Below are positions 1 through 8,254 of a stretch of 64,000 nt of DNA, piece after piece. Position numbers and translations under genes: made by a program. The stretch is from an uncultured Chloroflexia bacterium (GTDB lineage Bacteria > Chloroflexota > Anaerolineae > Aggregatilineales > Aggregatilineaceae): NCBI GenBank assembly GCA_963850765.1, contig CAWKMN010000005.1:6084-70083 (forward strand), written 5' to 3'. The notes under the pieces are model-generated. The model was not told where the DNA came from. It made no database searches and saw nothing but the letters and a program-made list of their open reading frames with translations. Numbering within the stretch: the stretch's first letter is position 1; every line of letters starts with the position of its first letter.

Positions 1-494
1 ATGCGCCGCGCGATGGGCTGTTCTTGCTGGATCGCTGGTTTCGTGCGCTGTTCCACAAAGCCGCAGCGGATCAGCGAGCGGGCGTCGAGTTGATCTATGT
101 GCGAGGGGCGTCTCTGGCCGAGCGGCTGCTCGCTGACCCGCGCGAGGTGCGCGTGCTGCACGGCGACATTCATCACCGGAACATCCGGCAGTCGCCGCGC
201 GGCTGGCTCGCCTTCGACCCGAAAGGATTGGTCGGTGAGCGCACCTACGACTGCGCCAACACGCTCGTCAACCCGTTTCCCTATACTGACCTCGTCCATA
301 ACGAAACCCGCCTGCTCACCAACGCCGCGATTCTCGCGGATGCGCTCGATATCGATTTGCCGCGTGTGCTGGCGTTTACTTACGCCTACGCCTGCCTGAG
401 CGCGAGCTGGTCCCTGAGCATCGGCGCGCACGATGCAGCGCAGTGGGCGCTCGACGTCGCGGCGATCGTCGAGCCGCATCTGGATCTCGCGTGA
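1..494 (+). CDS. aminoglycoside/streptomycin 6-phosphotransferase-family kinase, C-terminal part (5' end outside window)
   Basis: ORF open from the window edge (frame of 24..494). Catalytic-loop motif HGDIHHRNI followed by FDPKG..GERTYD, typical of APH(6)/StrB-like kinases. Confidence 0.6.
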   Translation, partial: APRDGLFLLDRWFRALFHKAAADQRAGVELIYVRGASLAERLLADPREVRVLHGDIHHRNIRQSPRGWLAFDPKGLVGERTYDCANTLVNPFPYTDLVHNETRLLTNAAILADALDIDLPRVLAFTYAYACLSASWSLSIGAHDAAQWALDVAAIVEPHLDLA

Positions 495-589
495 GACTCC
501 CCAAGTCAAACCGGGAGAAATCGACTATACTTTTATTCCAAAGTATCTGATCCTATCTCGATGTGTTTGTGTTCAGGAGATAACGCCCC

Positions 590-1795
590 GTGTCTAACCC
601 GGCAAACGGTCTTATCCGCATGTATGGCGCGAATTGGTGCTCGGACTGCCGCCGCGCCAAACAGTTTTTTGGTGAACAGCGCGTTCACTATGACTATGTT
701 GACCTCGAACTACAGCCCGACGCGGTCCAGGATGTGGAGCGCATCAACAACGGGATGCGCAGCATCCCTACCATTGTGTTCCCCGATGGCTCGATCCTGG
801 TCGAGCCGAGCAACACCGAACTCGCCGCTAAGCTCGGCCTGAACCTGGAAGCCAGCCAGCGGTTCTACGACGTGATCATCGTGGGCAGCGGCCCGGCCGG
901 TCTGACCGCCGCGATCTACACCAGTCGCGAAGGGCTCTCGACGCTGGTTCTGGAAAAAAGCGGGATCGGCGGGCAGGTCGGGCTGACTCGCTACATGGAG
1001 AATTTCCCCGGCTTCGACCAGGGTGTGAACGGCGCGGATCTGGCCGACCGGCTGCGGCGGCAGGCGCAGCGCTTCGGCGTGGAGATCGTCCAGGCGCAGC
1101 AGGTGACGGGGCTGAGCCACGACGGCGCGTACCGGCTGGTGCAGACGTCCGCGGGCAAGGAATACTGCGGCGGCGCGGTCCTGCTGGCGACCGGCAGCCA
1201 CTACCGGCGGATCGGCGTGCCCGGCGAATCCAAGCTGATCGGGATCAACGTGCATTTCTGCGCGACGTGTGACGCGCCCTTCTACAGGGACAAATCCGTG
1301 TATGTCATTGGCGGCGGCAACAGCGGCTTTCAGGAATCGATGCACATTTGCCAGTTTGCCAGCAGCGTGACGATCCTGGAATATGAGCCGGTCTGCGCGG
1401 CCAGCCCCATCTTGCAGGAGAAAATCAGCGAATGCCCGCGCATCAACGTGATGTGTAACCAGGACGTGCGCGAATTCCTCGTGACGAACGATCGCAAGTT
1501 GGACGGCGTGCGGATCGTGGACCGCACCACGGGCGAAGAGCGGATCGATCATCCCGATGGTGTGTTCATTCTGATTGGCATGAACCCGAACAGCGATCCC
1601 TTCGCCAACGCCCTCGAAACTGATACGAAAGGTTTTCTGCTGACGAAGGATAATCTCGAAACGAGCATGCCGGGGGTCTTCGCGGCCGGCGATGTGCGGT
1701 CGGGCAGCACCAAACAGGCTGCTGCCGCCGCGGGGGAGGGGGCTACCGCCGCGCTGATGGTGCGGCAGTATCTGCGGAAGACAAAAACGCTCTAG
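590..1795 (+). CDS. trxB: thioredoxin-disulfide reductase with N-terminal glutaredoxin/NrdH-like domain (fusion)
   Basis: N-terminal ~85 aa has a Grx/NrdH-like fold signature (YGANWCSDCRRAK, CxxC). The rest has GSGPAG FAD motif, redox CATCD and GGGNSG NADPH motif. GTG start preceded by AGGAG. Confidence 0.8.
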   Translation: MSNPANGLIRMYGANWCSDCRRAKQFFGEQRVHYDYVDLELQPDAVQDVERINNGMRSIPTIVFPDGSILVEPSNTELAAKLGLNLEASQRFYDVIIVGSGPAGLTAAIYTSREGLSTLVLEKSGIGGQVGLTRYMENFPGFDQGVNGADLADRLRRQAQRFGVEIVQAQQVTGLSHDGAYRLVQTSAGKEYCGGAVLLATGSHYRRIGVPGESKLIGINVHFCATCDAPFYRDKSVYVIGGGNSGFQESMHICQFASSVTILEYEPVCAASPILQEKISECPRINVMCNQDVREFLVTNDRKLDGVRIVDRTTGEERIDHPDGVFILIGMNPNSDPFANALETDTKGFLLTKDNLETSMPGVFAAGDVRSGSTKQAAAAAGEGATAALMVRQYLRKTKTL

Positions 1796-1838
1796 CCGGT
1801 GCGGTTACGTGATCTCGCGCAAATCATTAGAAAAAGAT

Positions 1839-1914
1839 GGAACCGCAGAGGCGCAGAGGACGCAGAGGTTCTTGAGGGAAAGAGAGAGGAGGGGCGGGTT
1901 TATGTAACCCGACC
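1839..1914. repeat. half copy of the CGCAGAG/CACAGAG repeat family plus a GGGGCGGGTT..AACCCG hairpin
   Basis: ggaaccgcagaggcgcagaggacgcagaggttcttgag recurs at 2666-2693 and 48139-48167. Followed by aggggcgggtttatgtaacccgacc. Confidence 0.7.
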
Positions 1915-2068
1915 TTGTTTCCTGATCGCTAAGGCAGTTTCCAACAGCCGCTAGCGGTTGGCGATTGGCCGGTGTTTGTGTATGCTCGCAGTAGGGTGTT
2001 TCAAAGCTCATCACACGCGGGCCATGATGAGCGATCAACCGGGCACCCAGGGAGCCGCACGCGTGGAT

Positions 2069-2596
2069 ATGGAAGTCATACTCGCCGCCGGGGGGATCTT
2101 CGTGCTGCGGGTGATCGGCAACATGATCACGACGCTCCGCACCGTCATGCTGGTGCGCGGGCAAAAGATCCAGTCGTCCATCCTGGCGATCCTCGAATCG
2201 CTCATCTTTGTGGTGACACTGGGCAGCGTCGTCTCGAAGCTGGACGATATTCCCAACCTGACAGCCTACGTTATGGGCTACGCGATCGGCGGCTACCTGG
2301 GACTCGTCATTGAGGGGCGGCTGATCCAGAAGTTCATCGCCATACAGGCGATCTCCCCGCAGTACGCCCACGACATTGCGGAGGCGATCCGCGCCGCGGG
2401 TTTTGGCGCAACCGAAAGCTGGGGTATGGGCGGCGGTGGTCAGGTCGGATCCGTCACGGCGGTAGTCGGCCATCATCAGGTGAAAACCGTCGTGCGGATC
2501 GTGGAGCAGATCGATCCGGCGGCGTTCATGATGATGGAGGAACTGCGCGGCATCCAGCAGGGCTACTTCCGCCGCCTGCTCCGCCCCGAACGATAA
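2069..2596 (+). CDS. UPF0316/DUF2179 family membrane protein
   Basis: N-terminal TM region (GIFVLRVIGNMITTLRTVMLVRG) plus C-terminal DUF2179-like domain, resembling B. subtilis YebE-type proteins. Alternative upstream ATG at 2024. Confidence 0.6.
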   Translation: MEVILAAGGIFVLRVIGNMITTLRTVMLVRGQKIQSSILAILESLIFVVTLGSVVSKLDDIPNLTAYVMGYAIGGYLGLVIEGRLIQKFIAIQAISPQYAHDIAEAIRAAGFGATESWGMGGGGQVGSVTAVVGHHQVKTVVRIVEQIDPAAFMMMEELRGIQQGYFRRLLRPER

Positions 2597-2606
2597 AAAG
2601 AAATTT

Positions 2607-2882
2607 CACCACAGAGAACACAGAGGACACAGAGAAAATCAAGGGGAAAAGAGAGAAAACAAATGGAACCGCTGAGACGCAGAGGACGCGGAGAAAATCA
2701 AGGAAAGAGCGAGAGAAACCGAAATCTTCTCATCAATATCGGGTCTCACCCAATCACGCCCTCTTTCAAGACGGCACTTACTATCCCTCTTTCCCTCTTT
2801 ATTCTCTGCGCTCTCTGCGTCTCTGCGGTTCGATCTTGTCTTTTCCCTTGCTTTTCTCTGTGATCTCTGTGTCCTCTGTGGT
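2607..2882. repeat. 276-bp nested-palindrome (MITE-like) element between convergent genes
   Basis: Outer arms caccacagagaacacagaggacacagag (2607-2634) / ctctgtgatctctgtgtcctctgtggt (2856-2882). Inner arms gaaccgctgagacgcagaggacgcggag (2666-2693) / ctctgcgctctctgcgtctctgcggttc (2804-2831). Confidence 0.8.
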
Positions 2883-2896
2883 TCAGGCTTTTGCGC

Positions 2897-5233
2897 TTAT
2901 CGCTGCCAGGGGAAGCGGCGCGGCTCCAGGCGCGTGGTATCGAATTCCCCCTGCGAGAGTTCGACGGGCTCGCTGCTGCCCGGCGGAGCGGTATTCCCCG
3001 ACAGATCCAGCGTGACCGGCGCGGTCAGCGGCAGGCGGATCACCGCCGTGGTGCCTGACCCGACGCGGCTGGCCAGCAAGATCTCCCCGCCGTGCGCCTC
3101 GATCACGCGCCGCGCGATGAAAAGTCCCTGTCCCGTGCCCGGCTTGCGGACCGGCTTGCCGTCGCGATCATGCGGGGTGCCGCGATAAAAGCGGGTGAAC
3201 GCGTTCTCCAAATCCGGCGGCGTCAGCCCATAACCCTGATCTTCGACCGCGATTTCGGCGGCGCAGTCGTCGGTCTCATTCCCGTGCAGGCGCGCGATCA
3301 GCGAGATGGTGGTATGGGGCGGCGAATACTTCAGGGCGTTATCGACCAGATTGCCGACCGCCCAGCGCAGCCGCCGCTCATCGCCTAACACGTACTGGTC
3401 ACGCGGGCCAAAGTGGACCCGCAGCCGGATATTGGCGGCATGGGACAGCGGCTCCCATTCCGCCGCGATGTGCCACAGCAGATCATTGACCGCCAGCGGG
3501 CGCTGCCCGGTTTGCAGATCGCGCGGCTCGAAGGTGCTCAGGTCGCGCAGTTCCGCGATCACCTGCTGGATGGCGCGGGTATTGCGCACCACTTCGCGCG
3601 CCAGCGTGGACAGCGATTCGTAAGCCTGCGGCGAGCGCGGAGCCAGCGCCCGTTCGCTGAGCTGGCCGAGCAGCTCATCGCGCTTCTGCTCGCGTTCGAC
3701 GTCGGCGGTGATGTCGCGCAGCACGATCACCGTGCCGATGCGCTTCTGCCGCGGCCGGATGGTGATCGCGGCGGCCTGGGCGTTCAGCAGCCTGCCATCA
3801 AGCGCAACGCGCGTCGGATCGCCCAAGGAGTAAATGCCCGGCGCGAGCGCGGGGCCAAGCCGGTCCGTCACGACGGCAGTGAGATCGTGCAGGCGCGCCG
3901 AGCGAAAAACGCGCTGCCCGCCCAATAACTGCCGCGCCGCGTCGTTGATCAGCAGCACACGCCCATCGAGATCCTGCACGACCAGCCCATCGGGGATCGA
4001 CTCGAGGATCGCGCTCAGGCGGGCGGTTTCGGCGCGCTGGTGGCGCAGCGCCTGTTGCAGGCTGTCGGTGCGGTGCTCGTGGCGCTCGGCCAGCCGGTCC
4101 AGCGTCGCGCCGAGTTCCCCGATCTCGTCGCTGCACGGCATGCCCGTGCGGGCGCGCCCATCGCCCGCCGCGAGTGCGTCCGCCGTGTGGGTGATACGTT
4201 CCAGCCGCCCGGCGAAACGCCCGATCACGGCATACGTGACCAGCACGACCATTCCCACCAGCGCCGCCGCGAACAGGCTGGCCCGCTGGCGGCTGAGCCA
4301 CGACGCGTACAAAGTATCGTCTTCGCGATAAATGCCGAGCACGCCGAGCGGCGTCCCGTGGATGACCAGCGGGATATAAGCCGCGTTGGTGGGCGTGCCG
4401 TCAATCTTCAGGCTCTCGACCGGAACCTGTCCGGGCGTCGTCATGGCCTGACGGAAGGCGTCGGCATCGAGGGTAAGCTGCTGGCGTGTCGAATCGTTGT
4501 AAGGCAGCGTCGTCCGCACGAATACCCCGTCCGCACCGAACAGGGTGAGATCTGCCGAATCACCGCCGCGCAGGGTGTCCAGAACTCGCTCGGCGCGCGT
4601 CCCGATCAGCACCGTGCCGATGTGCTCATCACCGCGCATGACCGGCCCGGCGGTCATCAGGACATGGCCCTGGCTGGTGCGCGTGATCGCCGCGCGCAGA
4701 TCGGCCCCGGCGCTGAACAGGGCGGGCTGCTTGGCGGCCAGCGTCGAAAGATCGCTGCCCGAGGCGACAGCATAATCGACGGTGCCATCGGCGCGATCGA
4801 CCCGCTGCAAGCCAATCACTTCCTGGCCGGATGCGTCCGCCACCAGCACGACATCCAGATCGGCGGCCAGCGCCAGCGCTTCGAGCACGGGATGCAGCGC
4901 CGCGCCGTCCTTTGCCTCGATTGCCTCCGCGACGCCCTGCGTATAGGCGATGCGGGTCACTTCGCGGCGGTGGCCCGTGCCGATCAGCGCCATCCGGTCG
5001 GCGGTCGCGCGGCTGGTGACCAGCAGGCGCTCGATCTCCCGCTCGTGTGCGCCCTGCGCGATGCCGTCGCTCACCATGTATGTGCCGACCACGGCCGCGA
5101 TCAGCACCAGCAGCGCCAGCGGACCCACGGCCCGCCAGCGCAGCGAGACAAACGAGCGCGGACGCCCGGCGGGATCGCTGCTCAACCGGCGAAAAACGAC
5201 GGGTTCAGGGAGACGACGGCGGCGAAAAAGCAT
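2897..5233 (-). CDS. membrane sensor histidine-kinase-like protein (2 TM, extracytoplasmic sensor, HAMP, PAS, degenerate DHp, HATPase_c)
   Basis: TM helices around aa 38-56 and 320-342, and a PAS segment (ILESIPDGLVVQD). N-box LVDNALKY, G-boxes DQGYGL and GTGQGL. The H-box position reads QLSERALAP instead of SHELRTP. Confidence 0.8.
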   Translation of the reverse strand: MLFRRRRLPEPVVFRRLSSDPAGRPRSFVSLRWRAVGPLALLVLIAAVVGTYMVSDGIAQGAHEREIERLLVTSRATADRMALIGTGHRREVTRIAYTQGVAEAIEAKDGAALHPVLEALALAADLDVVLVADASGQEVIGLQRVDRADGTVDYAVASGSDLSTLAAKQPALFSAGADLRAAITRTSQGHVLMTAGPVMRGDEHIGTVLIGTRAERVLDTLRGGDSADLTLFGADGVFVRTTLPYNDSTRQQLTLDADAFRQAMTTPGQVPVESLKIDGTPTNAAYIPLVIHGTPLGVLGIYREDDTLYASWLSRQRASLFAAALVGMVVLVTYAVIGRFAGRLERITHTADALAAGDGRARTGMPCSDEIGELGATLDRLAERHEHRTDSLQQALRHQRAETARLSAILESIPDGLVVQDLDGRVLLINDAARQLLGGQRVFRSARLHDLTAVVTDRLGPALAPGIYSLGDPTRVALDGRLLNAQAAAITIRPRQKRIGTVIVLRDITADVEREQKRDELLGQLSERALAPRSPQAYESLSTLAREVVRNTRAIQQVIAELRDLSTFEPRDLQTGQRPLAVNDLLWHIAAEWEPLSHAANIRLRVHFGPRDQYVLGDERRLRWAVGNLVDNALKYSPPHTTISLIARLHGNETDDCAAEIAVEDQGYGLTPPDLENAFTRFYRGTPHDRDGKPVRKPGTGQGLFIARRVIEAHGGEILLASRVGSGTTAVIRLPLTAPVTLDLSGNTAPPGSSEPVELSQGEFDTTRLEPRRFPWQR

Positions 5234-5251
5234 GATGCGCTGTACCCTCTG

Positions 5252-5905
5252 CTATTCTGCAAACAACGTCAGGAGATACGTGCCGGTCGAGCCGCCGCTT
5301 TTGGGGGCGGATTCGACGACCACCCGGTAGGGGCCATCGACGGGCAGCGTCGCCCACAATTCTGCGGAGAGACTGCCTTCATATTGATCGTCATTATAGG
5401 CCAGTTCGATGCCGGTGGGATCGTAAAGGCGAACCTGGGGATCGAGCGTGTCGAGCGCCTGGACGGTGATATGCCAGCTATCGCCGGAGTCGCCCTCAAA
5501 CTGGTAGCCTTGCAGCGTGTCCAGCGAGAGGATCTCGTTGCGGATCATGGCCGGGACGGTATGCGGCACAAAGTTGTCGTCTGCTGGCAGGGGAACTGCG
5601 TTGGGCGGCGCGGAAACGGTGTCGGCGGGATCATCGTCCAGATCCATCTGCACCGCGAGCCAGCCGGCCAGCGCCAGCACGAGAAAGGGCATCAGAAATG
5701 CGCCAGCGAACAGGAACCGGTGCCGGCGCTGCCAGAGCCATGCCCAACGAGCCGCAGGCAGTTCAACTTGCTCCACCGGGCCTGTATCGAGCGCAGCCGC
5801 CTCGCGGGCGCGTTGGTAGATCCGCTCCGCTTCTTCAACCGGGCCGCTGTCCGTCAGGTCATCATAGCCCGGTTGTTCGTCGCCCCCGTACTCGTCGGTG
5901 TCCAT
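5252..5905 (-). CDS. membrane-anchored protein with pre-peptidase C-terminal (PPC)-like domain
   Basis: Single TM (FLFAGAFLMPFLVLALAGWLAV). C-terminal YQFEG..WHITV..LDPQVRLYDPTG..AYNDD..GPYRVVVES..GTYLLTL matches the PPC beta-sandwich pattern. 18 nt upstream of the kinase gene. Confidence 0.55.
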   Translation of the reverse strand: MDTDEYGGDEQPGYDDLTDSGPVEEAERIYQRAREAAALDTGPVEQVELPAARWAWLWQRRHRFLFAGAFLMPFLVLALAGWLAVQMDLDDDPADTVSAPPNAVPLPADDNFVPHTVPAMIRNEILSLDTLQGYQFEGDSGDSWHITVQALDTLDPQVRLYDPTGIELAYNDDQYEGSLSAELWATLPVDGPYRVVVESAPKSGGSTGTYLLTLFAE

Positions 5906-5913
5906 CCTGCCGG

Positions 5914-6636
5914 TCAGCCGTCAATAATCGCATCCACGGCAGCGCGCACGGCGGGCGGGGCGATCCGCTCGTCGATCAGGTAATCGCGGCGCATGATCTG
6001 GAACAGGGTGGGCACTTCGGCAATCGGGACAACCGGCCCCTCGGCGGAGAGCTTGACCTCGGGCGAGGTGAAGACGATAATCGCGTAGATCGGCACACGA
6101 TCCAACCCGCGCTTGGCGAAGAATTTGCGCAGGGCATAAACATCGTGCACGACTTCGCGCGAGGGATTGGTTTTCGCCAGCCGCAGCTTGCCGCCTGAAG
6201 CCTTGAGACGCCAGTCGGCGCGCTCGTTGATCCACGACCCGGCATAATCCACGATGCGGAAGACCAGTGCGCCCGGCGGCCCGACCAGCACCGCGTCGAT
6301 ATACCCCACGCCGCGCTTGCTGACGTTGCGCAGATAGGTGTAGCGGTTGTCGAGAAACTGCGACAGACCTTCGCCCACCGCAAACGCCAGTTCATTATCC
6401 TTTTGCAGCGTCTGGGATCGCACGAAGCCGAAGATGCCGACGACCACGCCAATGATGCCAAAGATAAACAGCAGGACGTCCAGGGCCGTGAACAGCAGCG
6501 AATCCCACAGCGGCACAAAGACGAATAATGCGCCCAGCGCCAGCGCGATCCCACCGCCGAAAAACGCGAGGCAGCCCAGCGAGAGATAATAGCGCCCGCG
6601 CCGGGTGATGTTACGAGCAGGGTTGATATTTTGCAT
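5914..6636 (-). CDS. NERD (nuclease-related) domain membrane protein
   Basis: Two N-terminal TM helices. Then GEGLSQFLDNRYTYLRNV..GYIDAVLVGPPGALVFRIVDYAGSW..NPSREV..VPIYAIIVFTS, the typical NERD layout. Confidence 0.6.
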   Translation of the reverse strand: MQNINPARNITRRGRYYLSLGCLAFFGGGIALALGALFVFVPLWDSLLFTALDVLLFIFGIIGVVVGIFGFVRSQTLQKDNELAFAVGEGLSQFLDNRYTYLRNVSKRGVGYIDAVLVGPPGALVFRIVDYAGSWINERADWRLKASGGKLRLAKTNPSREVVHDVYALRKFFAKRGLDRVPIYAIIVFTSPEVKLSAEGPVVPIAEVPTLFQIMRRDYLIDERIAPPAVRAAVDAIIDG

Positions 6637-6639
6637 AGA

Positions 6640-7224
6640 TTACTCCCCTTCCTGAGAGGAGGTATCCTCCGGTGATTCTGATGACTCAGCCTGCGGCGAA
6701 CTGGCCGGGACTGGTTCGACTTTGTTCAGATCCTCGGATTCCTGAACGAGCGGACGGGGGGCTTGCATGACCACCACCGGCAGATCCTCGGGCTGGTCTT
6801 TGGGTTCATCCCCCGACGGTTTTTTGTGCTGGGCGATCACGCCGTCCATCTTCTCGCGGAGTTCCACCAGCGTGGGCAGCGGCTTGTACATCAGCAGATC
6901 GGCCTGTGCCTGCGCGATGACCGCTTCCTCTTCTTCCGGCGACAGCCGGTACGCCGTGATCAGGACAATGGCCATGTCCTTGAGCGTCGGGCTCCGGCGC
7001 AGGCGGCTGCCGACTTCCGGTCCGCTCACTTCGGGCAGGCGAATGTCCAGGATCGCCAGTTCCGGCAGCTCCCCGCGCACCCGGCCCTGGTCTACGTTTT
7101 CGATCCACGAGACCGCCTCCCCGCCATCGACAAAAGCCACGCCTTCGATTCCCCAAATCTCGAACATGGCCAGCAGTACATCATAAATATCTGGCTCGTC
7201 TTCCACGACCATCCAGGTTGGCAA
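6640..7224 (-). CDS. receiver-only response regulator with acidic/Pro-Ser-rich tail
   Basis: VVEDEPD, LDIRLPEVSG (phospho-Asp), LITAY and YKPL motifs. No output domain. TTG start. 3-nt gap to the NERD gene. Confidence 0.85.
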   Translation of the reverse strand: MPTWMVVEDEPDIYDVLLAMFEIWGIEGVAFVDGGEAVSWIENVDQGRVRGELPELAILDIRLPEVSGPEVGSRLRRSPTLKDMAIVLITAYRLSPEEEEAVIAQAQADLLMYKPLPTLVELREKMDGVIAQHKKPSGDEPKDQPEDLPVVVMQAPRPLVQESEDLNKVEPVPASSPQAESSESPEDTSSQEGE

Positions 7225-7316
7225 GGTCCTAACTCCCTACTTATCGATCCTGACCGTCACTTCAACAAGTTTACATTAGATGGCGCGAATAATAAAACCG
7301 CCATTAGTCACACTCT

Positions 7317-7665
7317 GTGAGTTGTGAGTTTTGAGAGCGTGTTTGTAAATTCCTTTTACCCCTCCCTAAATCCCTCCCCGCACGCGGAGAGGGACTTGAG
7401 ACTCCCCTTTCTCCGCGTGCGGGGAGAAGGGGTGCCGACCAAAGGTCGGACGGGGGATAGGGGTAAATCATTTAACAAACACGCTCTGAGTCTTGAGCGT
7501 TGAGTCGAGCTGGCCGATGTTTTGCGGATCTCACCTGATAAATCCCTCTCTCTAGCCGAGCCAGGGATGGAGCCTTGCCAGATACCTCAGGCTCTCCGGC
7601 TATGTCGGAGAGTGGAGCAGGGCGGTGAGGCTGACTCACGACTCACAACTCAAAACTCATAACCC
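7317..7665. repeat. composite repeat block in a divergent promoter region
   Basis: Heptamer repeats gtgagttgtgagttttgag (7317-7335) and the inverted copy ctcacgactcacaactcaaaactca (7633-7660). Long palindrome gagagcgtgtttgtaaa..tttaacaaacacgctctgag (7335-7490) enclosing CCCTCCCC..GGAGAGGG hairpins. Confidence 0.75.
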
Positions 7666-7757
7666 AACCCAATCGGCACGACGCATAGATTATCACTCAA
7701 CGGCAAAACGCGGTACTATTGGACCGGATCAATCGGTGGCTGACGGAGGACGTGTGG

Positions 7758-8237
7758 TTGAAACCCTGGTTAGTGGTTGAAGATGAAGAAGATATTCGGA
7801 ATATTGTAAAGGTGATGTTTACGGCGTGGGGGCACGTATCGCTTGATTTTCGTGATGGGAACCAGACGTTCGCCTGGCTGGATCAGGTCGAGGCAGGAAC
7901 ATTCCAGGGGGAACTGCCCGAAATGGCCGTGCTGGATATTAAAATGCCGGGGCCGCGTGGCAACGAGATCGCGCGCCGGATGCGCACCATCGAAGCGTTC
8001 AAGACGATCCCGATCGTGCTGATGACGGCATTTACCCTCGACGATCAGGATCGTCAGGCAATGGTCCGCGATGACGGTGTGGATTATATTATTAACAAGC
8101 CGCTGCCCGATTTTTTCGAGCTCAAGAAGCAGCTTGAGGAAATCTGCGAGAAGAAGAAGGTCCGGGTCAGTGCCGTGCAGGCCAAAGCCGTTCAGAGTGA
8201 GGCGGGTCAGCACCAGTCCAAAGCCGCGACCGAATAA
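7758..8237 (+). CDS. receiver-only response regulator (paralog of 6640-7224)
   Basis: MKPWLVVEDEEDI, LDIKMPGPRG, LMTAF and NKPL motifs. TTG at 7758 lies 7 nt after GGAGGA. The ORF is open from 7719. Confidence 0.8.
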   Translation: MKPWLVVEDEEDIRNIVKVMFTAWGHVSLDFRDGNQTFAWLDQVEAGTFQGELPEMAVLDIKMPGPRGNEIARRMRTIEAFKTIPIVLMTAFTLDDQDRQAMVRDDGVDYIINKPLPDFFELKKQLEEICEKKKVRVSAVQAKAVQSEAGQHQSKAATE

Positions 8238-8254
8238 CCCACGAGGAATAGCGC

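Noticed and set aside
1-494. APH(6)-like gene as part of a mobile antibiotic-resistance island
   Set aside because: The gene is cut by the window edge. The visible flank (redox and membrane housekeeping genes) has no mobility genes, and APH-family kinases are common chromosomal genes in soil-type bacteria.
2663-2863. Small ORFs lying entirely within repeat blocks (also 16610..16810, 24120..24302, 35529..35777, 21138..21344)
   Set aside because: They are translations of palindromic repeat DNA, giving recurrent peptides such as ..LCALCVSAV.. and ..SPLSTWRGG... They have no RBS and no independent coding signal.
2607-2882. Possible CRISPR array, given the many short repeated CACAGAG/CGCAGAG units
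   Set aside because: The units are 7-nt degenerate motifs arranged as inverted arms, not 25-40-nt direct repeats separated by unique spacers. There are no cas genes in the window.
4040-5983. 647-aa plus-strand ORF
   Set aside because: It lies antisense to the well-supported kinase and PPC-domain genes. It has an Arg/Ala/Gly/Pro-rich composition and no motifs, which marks it as a typical shadow ORF of high-GC DNA.
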